Under the pieces are notes generated by a model, which saw nothing but the letters and a program-made list of their open reading frames with translations, did not search any database and had not been told where the DNA came from. A stretch of DNA of 34,834 bases from a virus (lineage: Duplodnaviria > Caudoviricetes), in IMG/VR virus record IMGVR_UViG_3300044724_004857, positions 1 through 34,834 of that record; one strand, written 5' to 3'. Position 1 is the stretch's first letter, and every line of letters begins with the position of its first letter. Positions 19,397 through 26,415 of this stretch are shown here, in pieces. Made by a program: the position numbers and the translations under genes.

Positions 19397-19498
19397 ATGA
19401 GACTTACAGGAACAGAAAAACTATTATTCATCTCTTCCTTCCTTATCTTCCTACAATGGGGTGTAAGACTTACAGAGAGGGTTCTGATAGGGTTCTAA
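19397..19498 (+). CDS. Small hydrophobic protein (33 aa, MRLTGTEKLLFISSFLIFLQWG...)
   Basis: Translated by hand; GGAGGT RBS upstream; one TM-like segment. Confidence 0.5.
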   Translation: MRLTGTEKLLFISSFLIFLQWGVRLTERVLIGF

Positions 19499-19528
19499 AT
19501 ACAGGGTCTATACCTGACAATATGGATG

Positions 19529-19551
19529 AAAAACCCCCTCTGGGGGTTTTT
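19529..19551 (+). terminator. Rho-independent terminator-like hairpin (potentially bidirectional)
   Basis: AAAAACCCCC-TCT-GGGGGTTTTT perfect 10-bp inverted repeat. Confidence 0.7.
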
Positions 19552-19597
19552 GTTACACCACTCTAATGATAAATAGAGTTGTCAGGTATAAGATACT

Positions 19598-20113
19598 ATG
19601 AATAACTATTACACCTACATGTATTGTAGAGAGGATGGAACCCCCTACTATATTGGTAAAGGTAAGACAACCAGGATACATTCTGACAGACACACAGTAG
19701 GTCTCCCTCCTAAAGAAAGGAGAAAGTTTCTGAAAACCTGTCTAACAGAAGAAGAAAGTCTGAGACATGAAAAATACATGATAAGTGTATTGGGAAGAAA
19801 AGATATAGGAACAGGCCTGTTACACAATAGGACTGATGGGGGAGAAAGTGGTGGAAGGGGTTGTATCCCCTCTGAAGAAACCAGAAAGAAAATGAGGGAA
19901 AAGAAGTGCGGAGAAAATAACCCTAACTGGAAAGGGGGACACTCAAAAAACTACCTCAGAAGAACCTCTAAGAAACCACATAGGAAACCCTCTATCAAGG
20001 AACCCTCTGGACACTGGAGAGGAAAACATATTTCTGAACTAACTCCTGAGGAAAAGGAGGAAAGAAAGTGGGAGATATATGATAAGAGAATGAATACCCT
20101 TAGTAACCTATAA
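19598..20113 (+). CDS. Free-standing GIY-YIG/Seg-like homing endonuclease with NUMOD3-like motif
   Basis: YYTY...PYYIGKG...R...E...N.TDGGE catalytic domain; SEETRKKM...GENNPNW motif; GATAAATA late promoter at 19568-19575. Confidence 0.8.
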   Translation: MNNYYTYMYCREDGTPYYIGKGKTTRIHSDRHTVGLPPKERRKFLKTCLTEEESLRHEKYMISVLGRKDIGTGLLHNRTDGGESGGRGCIPSEETRKKMREKKCGENNPNWKGGHSKNYLRRTSKKPHRKPSIKEPSGHWRGKHISELTPEEKEERKWEIYDKRMNTLSNL

Positions 20114-20233
20114 TATATCCTTATCAACCTCAACAAACCTATTCTATACACATATAAGTCAGTTTGTCAAGTGTCCATGGTCCTACCATTCTCTGTGTGG
20201 GTATGATATAGTTCTATCAGTTACACACAAACT

Positions 20234-20581
20234 ATGGTTCATTCATTGGAGGTGGTTAGACCTTCATCTGACACCTCAGAAACCCTCTGTAGGCAGTTGT
20301 TTCATTGGTTTATGATGGAATACCTACCTGATAGGAGTATTGACCTTACAGTAGTTCATATGGACTTAACTGATGAGGGTGTGGATGGATGGTGTATGAG
20401 GGAGAGTGATTATGAGTTTATTATTCAAATAGAGGAAACTCTTGAGGGTAATGAATACACCAGAACTCTTCTTCATGAGTATTATCATCTTATGCAACAT
20501 GTTCTGAATATTTCCAGGTGTGAGACCTGTGCATATCTCAGCGAAAAGATAAACCTTGACAAGTTAAACAAACTCCAGTAG
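20234..20581 (+). CDS. HEXXH zinc metallopeptidase-like protein
   Basis: DGWC...TLLHEYYHLMQ motif. Confidence 0.6.
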   Translation: MVHSLEVVRPSSDTSETLCRQLFHWFMMEYLPDRSIDLTVVHMDLTDEGVDGWCMRESDYEFIIQIEETLEGNEYTRTLLHEYYHLMQHVLNISRCETCAYLSEKINLDKLNKLQ

Positions 20582-20584
20582 GAT
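20556..20584 (+). promoter_or_regulatory. Sigma70-like early promoter
   Basis: TTGACA-17 nt-TAGGAT upstream of 20626. Confidence 0.5.
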
Positions 20585-20625
20585 AGGCTTGTCCGGGTTG
20601 ATAAGGAATTTAACTTTAAGTAATT

Positions 20626-20820
20626 ATGAAGACCAAATTTGTTACAGTTCAACCTAAGTCCAGTAAAGCAAAGAACAGATTTTCAAACATGATGGATGGT
20701 CTTCATTCTTGTAAAGTCCAACAAGAAGATGATGGTCGAATGTTTCTTGAATCAATCACTGGAAGGTATTTCTTCTGGATGAATAAGTTCAATGACCCAA
20801 ACTGGATCCTCATAAAGTAA
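20626..20820 (+). CDS. Hypothetical phage protein
   Basis: 64-aa ORF (V.PKSSKAKNRF.N.M..LH.C.V) after a promoter. Confidence 0.65.
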   Translation: MKTKFVTVQPKSSKAKNRFSNMMDGLHSCKVQQEDDGRMFLESITGRYFFWMNKFNDPNWILIK

Positions 20821-20855
20821 AAACTCATTAAATAACCACAACTACCAAAAGTAGA

Positions 20856-21044
20856 ATGAACTCTTCTGAAAAACATGACAAAAGAAAAGATGCACTGGGT
20901 CTTTTCGTTGAATCAGTTATCAAACCAGACTCACAACTTCGTAAATGTGCTCACAATCAAGGATGTTATAATGAACTGATGGAATGGAGACAAGATATTT
21001 TGGAATACTTATCAAGTAGAAGAAAAGAAGAGTTTGAACGTTAA
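20856..21044 (+). CDS. Hypothetical phage protein
   Basis: 62-aa ORF, collinear packing. Confidence 0.6.
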   Translation: MNSSEKHDKRKDALGLFVESVIKPDSQLRKCAHNQGCYNELMEWRQDILEYLSSRRKEEFER

Positions 21045-21070
21045 ATAGACATATCCAGGAAAGATTGTTC

Positions 21071-21385
21071 ATGTTGTCAACACAGTACAGACTGAAACTT
21101 GAGTTTATTTGCAAATGTATTGCTAATGGTGAAGAAGTAAAATTGTCTGATATGATCTGGGCAAATAAACTTGCCAAGGCAAATACATCTGCAAATGAGA
21201 TGTTAAAGATGGCAAGACGCCAACACTCTCAAAACATTGAAGAAGGTAGTATGGATGACTTCATGAACCGTATGGGACTAGGGGATCCTGATCCAGCAAA
21301 CCACAAGACAGGATTTGATAGTGCTGATGATATTAAAGACTGGTTTAAGAGAGATGATATTTCTGACTGGAGGCAAAGAGATTAA
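21071..21385 (+). CDS. Hypothetical phage protein
   Basis: ATG 21071 preferred (MLSTQYRLKLEFICK...DWRQRD). Confidence 0.65.
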   Translation: MLSTQYRLKLEFICKCIANGEEVKLSDMIWANKLAKANTSANEMLKMARRQHSQNIEEGSMDDFMNRMGLGDPDPANHKTGFDSADDIKDWFKRDDISDWRQRD

Positions 21386-21570
21386 TGCCACATGAATTTG
21401 ATCCATGCGAAGCACCTGTAGGGGGTAAAGTTGATAAGTGGGGATTTACAATTAAACCTACTATCACTGACACAGAATTAATACTCATGTGTTTAAGAAA
21501 TGCTCCCTGTGGAGCAGACAAAAAACAGGCAGAAAGATTGGTTAAATACTATGAACAAAATCCTGATTAA
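21385..21570 (+). CDS. Hypothetical protein
   Basis: 61-aa ORF coupled to the upstream stop (TAATG). Confidence 0.55.
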   Translation: MPHEFDPCEAPVGGKVDKWGFTIKPTITDTELILMCLRNAPCGADKKQAERLVKYYEQNPD

Positions 21571-21572
21571 TT

Positions 21573-21710
21573 ATGTCTAAAGAACAATGGCAAGAAGTTA
21601 TTTTGTGTGTTAAGAAAGAACAGGACAAATCTCTTCAACACATGAACAAACCAAAGTATAATGAATTGAGTGAAATTTTAGTTCAACTACAAAAACTACA
21701 AAATACCTAA
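21573..21710 (+). CDS. Small hypothetical protein (45 aa, MSKEQWQEVILCVK...)
   Basis: Translated by hand; exactly fills the gap between neighbours. Confidence 0.5.
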   Translation: MSKEQWQEVILCVKKEQDKSLQHMNKPKYNELSEILVQLQKLQNT

Positions 21711-21711
21711 T

Positions 21712-21960
21712 ATGTCTAAAACTGCAGTCATTTATACAGATGGAAGTCAAGAATGTGAGAGAATGGGTTCTCTTCTCACCACACTTCCAGAAGTGTCTGA
21801 ATTTTTACAGTACAGATTAGGTGAACATTTCACAGAGAAGTCATTCTTTGATGAATTTGGTGATGAAGCAACATTTCCACAAGTCGCAATTGGAAATGAA
21901 CATATCGGGAGTATGAAAGAAACTCTCCAATTCCTATCAAGTGAAGGTTATTATGATTAG
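21712..21960 (+). CDS. Glutaredoxin-like protein (single Cys)
   Basis: AVIYT...C...TFPQV.IG..HIGS; CxxC reduced to SQEC. Confidence 0.6.
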   Translation: MSKTAVIYTDGSQECERMGSLLTTLPEVSEFLQYRLGEHFTEKSFFDEFGDEATFPQVAIGNEHIGSMKETLQFLSSEGYYD

Positions 21961-22204
21961 TACAGAAACTAAAGAAGTTGTTGTGCCCGAAGGTGCAGAA
22001 TTGGTTGATGATGTATTCTATGTCTGGGAGACTAGGTATGGATTATATTCATCAATGACCAAACAAGGTCGAAAGATGATAACAGGAATGTATAAAGATA
22101 ATGTTACACTAATGACACGTTGGCATCTCCAATGTGAACAAGATGGTACTTTAGATCAATATACAAGAGTCGTTGGTAGTGCCACCATGGGTGTCAAACT
22201 GTAA
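21953..22204 (+). CDS. Hypothetical phage protein
   Basis: ATG 21953 preferred over GTG 21941. Confidence 0.6.
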   Translation: MISTETKEVVVPEGAELVDDVFYVWETRYGLYSSMTKQGRKMITGMYKDNVTLMTRWHLQCEQDGTLDQYTRVVGSATMGVKL

Positions 22205-22207
22205 CAG

Positions 22208-22236
22208 TTTACAGTTACTGATTAAAGTTGTATAAT
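22208..22236 (+). promoter_or_regulatory. Sigma70-like promoter
   Basis: TTTACA-17 nt-TATAAT; GAGG RBS follows. Confidence 0.55.
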
Positions 22237-22259
22237 TATTACATTGAGGAAAAACTTGA

Positions 22260-22484
22260 ATGAAACTACTTACACTTGAAGACTACCAAAAGGCAGGAGA
22301 AACTTTCTGGCCAAAATACTTTTATGTTGCCAAAGAACTTGGTGAAAGTTCTAAACCAGAAGACATCCTAAAAGTTATGGAAGCTGTTGGTGGTGTAGCA
22401 CTCAAGTTGAGATTGGAAGAGGATAGGTCTGGTCCTTTTGGATTCAACAAAAAGAAAGAGGATAGGGAAGATGAAGTCATCTGA
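22260..22484 (+). CDS. Hypothetical phage protein
   Basis: 74-aa ORF with RBS and promoter. Confidence 0.65.
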   Translation: MKLLTLEDYQKAGETFWPKYFYVAKELGESSKPEDILKVMEAVGGVALKLRLEEDRSGPFGFNKKKEDREDEVI

Positions 22485-22875
22485 CATAGAACTTAGCAGT
22501 ATTTCAAAAAACTTTGAATTTGAAAAGTTGTCAAGAGATGTTGATGAGATTTCTGATGTTAAATATCTTCGTGAAATGTTAAAATGTTATTTGAAACTTT
22601 ATTTCAAACAACAGGAAACTATTCAATCCATTGGTTTGATGGATTTTGGTTTTCCAAGAAAAGAAGGTGAAATTCGTGTCGGAGATGAGGTTATCTTTGT
22701 TGGCGGAACAAAGGAACAAAGAAACTGGGGAGGTTGTGACCCTGCACATCATTTAATTGAAAATGTAAAATATACCGTCACAAAAGTGGACGTTAAATCA
22801 CAACACACTAGAATAGAGTTGAAAGGTCTTCAGGGATGTTTCAATTCAGTTTTATTTCGAGTAGATGATGAGTGA
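22471..22875 (+). CDS. nblA: NblA-like phycobilisome degradation domain fused to an SH3-like beta domain
   Basis: IEL.S.SK.FEFEKLSRDVD...LREMLKCYLKLYFKQQE resembles the two-helix NblA pattern; ATG 22471 follows AGGGAAG; ~80 extra C-terminal aa. Confidence 0.6.
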   Translation: MKSSDIELSSISKNFEFEKLSRDVDEISDVKYLREMLKCYLKLYFKQQETIQSIGLMDFGFPRKEGEIRVGDEVIFVGGTKEQRNWGGCDPAHHLIENVKYTVTKVDVKSQHTRIELKGLQGCFNSVLFRVDDE

Positions 22876-23077
22876 CAATTATTGGAAAGAAAGATTCTTC
22901 TCACTGAAAAGGTGGGTAGAACAACAACCCAACATTTCAGAGGCAGCTGAAAAAGATTGGGAAGATTTTTGGTACAATAGTATTACAGTACCCACACTCG
23001 AAGAAGTGTGGGAAGAAATGGAAGAGATTGAACAATTGACACCTAAAATTAAAGGAGATACAAATGGCGTTGAGTGA
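22865..23077 (+). CDS. Hypothetical acidic protein
   Basis: 70-aa ORF overlapping both neighbours. Confidence 0.55.
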   Translation: MMSDNYWKERFFSLKRWVEQQPNISEAAEKDWEDFWYNSITVPTLEEVWEEMEEIEQLTPKIKGDTNGVE

Positions 23078-23294
23078 TAGTGTAAATGAAAGTTTGGATG
23101 ATGCAACATCAAGTTTAAGAAATGCCCTTGCATTTGCTGCTCGTAGTGAAAAACCATTCATATGTAAAGAGATTGCAAGTCTCATTCATAAGATTGAAAG
23201 TGTGAAACAATCAGAGAAAGTTCTTGATATGTTGGAGACCCGTAAAAAAGGTGATAATGGTCTATTTGGTTCCTTCTTTGATGGAGATGAATAA
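23064..23294 (+). CDS. Hypothetical phage protein
   Basis: AGGAG RBS; LRNALAFAAR.E.P motif. Confidence 0.65.
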   Translation: MALSDSVNESLDDATSSLRNALAFAARSEKPFICKEIASLIHKIESVKQSEKVLDMLETRKKGDNGLFGSFFDGDE

Positions 23295-23381
23295 ATATCA
23301 CAACAACCTGAAAACATCCTAAAGAAGGGGAAGTTTCCAGGTTTTCTGGTCTAAACTATTGGTGTTTCAACACATACTCCT

Positions 23382-23546
23382 ATGACTCTTCAAAACAAAA
23401 ATTCAAAACTAACTCAAAATGAACTTGATAGTATTGAAATTGCTGTAAAAGAGACAGGAATCAGGGCAATTCACCCTGAAAGAATGGAAGCATATGCAGA
23501 AAGCATGGTAGAACGACTCAAAAATACTCTCAAAGAAAATAAATAA
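23382..23546 (+). CDS. Small hypothetical protein (54 aa, MTLQNKNSKL...IRAIHPERMEAYAE)
   Basis: Translated by hand. Confidence 0.5.
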   Translation: MTLQNKNSKLTQNELDSIEIAVKETGIRAIHPERMEAYAESMVERLKNTLKENK

Positions 23547-23566
23547 TAAGAAAACTTATAAACTAT

Positions 23567-23782
23567 ATGGAAAAAACTATCGAGGACCATATTGATAAGG
23601 ATAAGAATATCCTTGATGATCCCACTATCTCACCTCAACAACGTCGTCACATTGAATCTGAACTTCATGACCTTGAAGAGTATCATGAGCACAATCCAGA
23701 AGACCATCATGATCCCACTCCACTAGAAATGTATTGTGATGCCAATCCTTCTGAACCAGAATGTTTGGTTTATGAAGACTGA
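23567..23782 (+). CDS. cp12: CP12 Calvin-cycle inhibitor (phage-type, C-terminal Cys pair only)
   Basis: C-terminal PLEMYCDANPSEPECLVYED motif; AATAAATA at 23538-23545. Confidence 0.9.
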   Translation: MEKTIEDHIDKDKNILDDPTISPQQRRHIESELHDLEEYHEHNPEDHHDPTPLEMYCDANPSEPECLVYED

Positions 23783-23802
23783 ACCAATTGAATAAGTGTC
23801 AC

Positions 23803-23829
23803 AAAGAGGGTTGAAAGACCCTCTTTTTT
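23803..23829 (+). terminator. Terminator hairpin overlapping a sigma70-like promoter
   Basis: AAAGAGGGTT-GAAA-GACCCTCTTT plus T-run; TTGAAA(23811)-17 nt-TATTAT(23834). Confidence 0.65.
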
Positions 23830-23840
23830 ATTGTATTATT

Positions 23841-23871
23841 GTTAGTAACCCCCAAAGTGTCCCAGTAGTGA
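23841..23871 (+). repeat. Intergenic cassette element, copy 1
   Basis: GTTAGTAACCCCCAAAGTGTCCCAGTAGTGA. Confidence 0.9.
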
Positions 23872-23885
23872 AACCACCCAAGATT

Positions 23886-24767
23886 ATGAAACTCAATACC
23901 CACCAGCAACACCCAGAGGATATGATCCTGACTGGTGATCTGTCCATCATTGATGAACTCTACAAAGAGAACTTCATCTCGGTAAAAATAGATGGAAGCC
24001 CGGCTGTGGTTTGGGGCACACATCCAGAAAATGGTGAGTTCTTTGTAGGGACTAAATCTGTCTTCAACAAAAAGAAAATCCGTATCTGTTACACCGAAGA
24101 AAATATTAGAGAGTATTACAATCACCAACCAGAAGTTGAGGAAATCCTTCTTGATTGTTTGAAGTATCTCCCTCGTACTGAAGGAGTTTATCAAGGAGAT
24201 TATCTGGGGACAGGAGGATCTGATACATACAAACCTAATACCATTGAATATGTTTTTGATGAGATTGTAACTGAAAACATCATCATTGCTCCTCACACAT
24301 ATTACACTGGTGATTGTCCCCTCTATGAGATGGAAGCTCATTCACTAGAAGGTGAACTTTGTGAGACTAATGATTGTAAGTTCGTTCAACCTTTTGTTGA
24401 CCGTGTAAACTGTAACATTACTGCTCCAGTTATTGACACTAACGACTATACATTCCTCACAGAGAAAGAGGCTTACCAGGCAAAGGTTGCCATCAATGCT
24501 CTTATCAGGTCTGGACAGAAACTTCATGAGGTAGACTTGATTGACATCCTTGGTTCACTCCGACTTGCTAATCTTTACCTACTGGTTGTTGAGATGAAGG
24601 AGGAACTTATGGAGGATATGATTGTCTACAACTGCCCTAAGTCTTACATTGGAGGACTAAAAGTCAATCAAGAAGGGTTTGTTATGTCCACAGAGTATGG
24701 TATGATTAAGCTTGTAAACAGGGACCAGTTCTCTTATGCAAACTTCACACAGGGTAGATTTCAATGA
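23886..24767 (+). CDS. DUF6267-like protein with ligase/nucleotidyltransferase-like motifs
   Basis: NTH..HPED N-terminus, KIDG, YQGD, EGFV, IKLVNR; ATG 23886 lies 45 nt after the start of the repeat element. Confidence 0.6.
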   Translation: MKLNTHQQHPEDMILTGDLSIIDELYKENFISVKIDGSPAVVWGTHPENGEFFVGTKSVFNKKKIRICYTEENIREYYNHQPEVEEILLDCLKYLPRTEGVYQGDYLGTGGSDTYKPNTIEYVFDEIVTENIIIAPHTYYTGDCPLYEMEAHSLEGELCETNDCKFVQPFVDRVNCNITAPVIDTNDYTFLTEKEAYQAKVAINALIRSGQKLHEVDLIDILGSLRLANLYLLVVEMKEELMEDMIVYNCPKSYIGGLKVNQEGFVMSTEYGMIKLVNRDQFSYANFTQGRFQ

Positions 24768-24886
24768 CAGACGAACAACTTCAACAAATGGAACCAGTAG
24801 AACTTGAACGGTTCTTGGAAGAATGTGCCGAGAAGGCCAAAGAATACAAAGTCTCATTTGAATACTACATGGCGGAGTTCGCATGA
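24764..24886 (+). CDS. Small hypothetical protein (40 aa, ...SFEYYMAEFA)
   Basis: Translated by hand; ATGA overlaps on both sides. Confidence 0.55.
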   Translation: MTDEQLQQMEPVELERFLEECAEKAKEYKVSFEYYMAEFA

Positions 24887-25062
24887 CTGAACAACAAAGG
24901 ATTACAAGAGCACTATCACAAGTTGATGATCTAACTACTCTTCTTGAGAATAATGAATGGAAAAACTTTCTATATTCACATCTCATTCCACTCAAATATG
25001 AGTTACAGAGACAACAATGCCTCTTGACTAATCAGACCAATTCCACTAACATTGAAGAGTAA
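24883..25062 (+). CDS. Small hypothetical protein (59 aa)
   Basis: Translated by hand; GGAG RBS, ATGA coupling. Confidence 0.55.
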   Translation: MTEQQRITRALSQVDDLTTLLENNEWKNFLYSHLIPLKYELQRQQCLLTNQTNSTNIEE

Positions 25063-25075
25063 TTAAACCAAACTG

Positions 25076-25309
25076 ATGAAGACCCTTTTTATTGTTGATC
25101 ATTTTGTTCCGTTTCCACAATCAGAATATGGTGGTGTTTGGAATGTTATTGCCGATGATGAAGATGAGTGTTTTGATATAATTACATCTGAAGACGACAG
25201 TAATTATTTTGAGTATTATAGTGTTTTGAGGGAAAATATTAGTAAGGCATATAAATATACTATTACATCCGAGGCAGAATCAGGAATTGTTACCTCATTC
25301 CTTACTTAA
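25076..25309 (+). CDS. Hypothetical phage protein
   Basis: VPFPQSEYGG motif; preceded by TTGACT(25024)-17 nt-TAACAT. Confidence 0.65.
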   Translation: MKTLFIVDHFVPFPQSEYGGVWNVIADDEDECFDIITSEDDSNYFEYYSVLRENISKAYKYTITSEAESGIVTSFLT

Positions 25310-25315
25310 ACTCAT

Positions 25316-25465
25316 ATGTCAAACTATTCAACAGAGTCTCTTTTAGTTGATCTTCAACGAACTATAAAACATCTTGAAGACAATATCAAAGAGAAAAACA
25401 AAGAGATTGAAAATCTTAAAGGCCTAATTTTCAAACTCCAAGACAACATTCAAAAAAGTGACTAA
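25316..25465 (+). CDS. Small coiled-coil protein (49 aa)
   Basis: Translated by hand; fills the gap. Confidence 0.5.
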   Translation: MSNYSTESLLVDLQRTIKHLEDNIKEKNKEIENLKGLIFKLQDNIQKSD

Positions 25466-25469
25466 CTAA

Positions 25470-25769
25470 ATGATTGAACTTGAACTACCCAATGATTTTA
25501 TTCATGATGCTCCAACAGGTTATTCATATTCAGTTAGTGAATTCAAACCCAATGTATTATCCATTTGGTTGAATCATCACGAAGAATATATCTACACAAA
25601 AGAACCTGTTAAAAGTATTTGGGGATTTGTGCGGTTCACAAAGAAGGGTCACAAATACTATTCACCAATCAACTCTAAAAAAGTTGGCAAAGAAATAGAT
25701 ATCAATGAAACACGCCCATTCTCTTCTATGAGACTCCACCTTAATCCTCTAGAGGCGGCATTTTTTTGA
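25470..25769 (+). CDS. Hypothetical phage protein
   Basis: 99-aa ORF (IWGF...PINSKKVG...LNPLEAAF). Confidence 0.65.
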   Translation: MIELELPNDFIHDAPTGYSYSVSEFKPNVLSIWLNHHEEYIYTKEPVKSIWGFVRFTKKGHKYYSPINSKKVGKEIDINETRPFSSMRLHLNPLEAAFF

Positions 25770-26038
25770 TGGAAACCCGTAAAGATCGTATGGCTCACCC
25801 ATATACTCCACAGGTTGATGATTATGTCATCTGGACGCGTCCTGGTGGGACGATTACCCAAGGATGGGTATACTTTGTTGACAGTGAATATATTACTATT
25901 GAGACAGGTGTAAAGGATAAACCTAATTGTGAATATACAAGACATGAGAAACATAAAAAGATTCATATTCTTGTATTATGTCATCCTTGTTTCTGGAATC
26001 AGTTACAGTATATCAAGAACAGAAGAGGTGATGACTAA
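25766..26038 (+). CDS. Hypothetical phage protein
   Basis: PQVDDYVIW...GWVYF...YITIE motif; exact start uncertain. Confidence 0.6.
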   Translation: MMETRKDRMAHPYTPQVDDYVIWTRPGGTITQGWVYFVDSEYITIETGVKDKPNCEYTRHEKHKKIHILVLCHPCFWNQLQYIKNRRGDD

Positions 26039-26061
26039 GTGTAAAATCTATTGACATTATT

Positions 26062-26092
26062 GTTAGTAACCCCCAAAGTGTCCCTATAGTGT
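26062..26092 (+). repeat. Intergenic cassette element, copy 2
   Basis: GTTAGTAACCCCCAAAGTGTCCCTATAGTGT. Confidence 0.9.
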
Positions 26093-26107
26093 AACCAATC
26101 AATCATC

Positions 26108-26320
26108 ATGACGACCCCAATCGTAACTCAGCTCTCAGAAATCCGTGACCAAGTTCGTAAACAGGATTTCAAATGGACTAACGACCAACGCGAACGTTAT
26201 GCAACCCTTATCGATCAACGTCACGCACAAATTGCACAATGGCGTGAAGAAGGTCGTGTCTGGGTAGGCCCTTCTAACATTGGTAAAGAAAAACCACAGG
26301 AGCAAGAATCAGACGATTGA
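26108..26320 (+). CDS. Hypothetical protein
   Basis: 70-aa ORF following the element. Confidence 0.65.
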   Translation: MTTPIVTQLSEIRDQVRKQDFKWTNDQRERYATLIDQRHAQIAQWREEGRVWVGPSNIGKEKPQEQESDD

Positions 26321-26321
26321 T

Positions 26322-26367
26322 AAACTGTCCACTACCTCTTGACTTTCACCAAGTCAGGGGGTATTAT
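26322..26367 (+). promoter_or_regulatory. AACTGTCCAC box + stem-loop sigma70-like promoter
   Basis: TTGACT(26339)-17 nt-TATTAT(26362) within hairpin CCTCTTGACTT/AAGTCAGGGGG. Confidence 0.65.
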
Positions 26368-26368
26368 T

Positions 26369-26399
26369 GTTAGTAACCTCTAAAGTGTTCCTTTAGTAT
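26369..26399 (+). repeat. Intergenic cassette element, copy 3
   Basis: GTTAGTAACCTCTAAAGTGTTCCTTTAGTAT. Confidence 0.9.
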
Positions 26400-26415
26400 A
26401 ACCACCACTTTTGAA

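Noticed and set aside
20100-20114. TTAGTAACC as a 15th cassette element
   Set aside because: Only 9 nt match, it lies in coding sequence, and the AAAGTGTCCC part is absent.
22201-22218. NtcA site in the GTAAC...GTTAC palindrome
   Set aside because: Spacing does not fit GTA-N8-TAC.
23796-23885. Upstream GTG start for the DUF6267-like gene
   Set aside because: It runs through a terminator/promoter and the repeat element; ATG 23886 matches the spacing seen at other copies.
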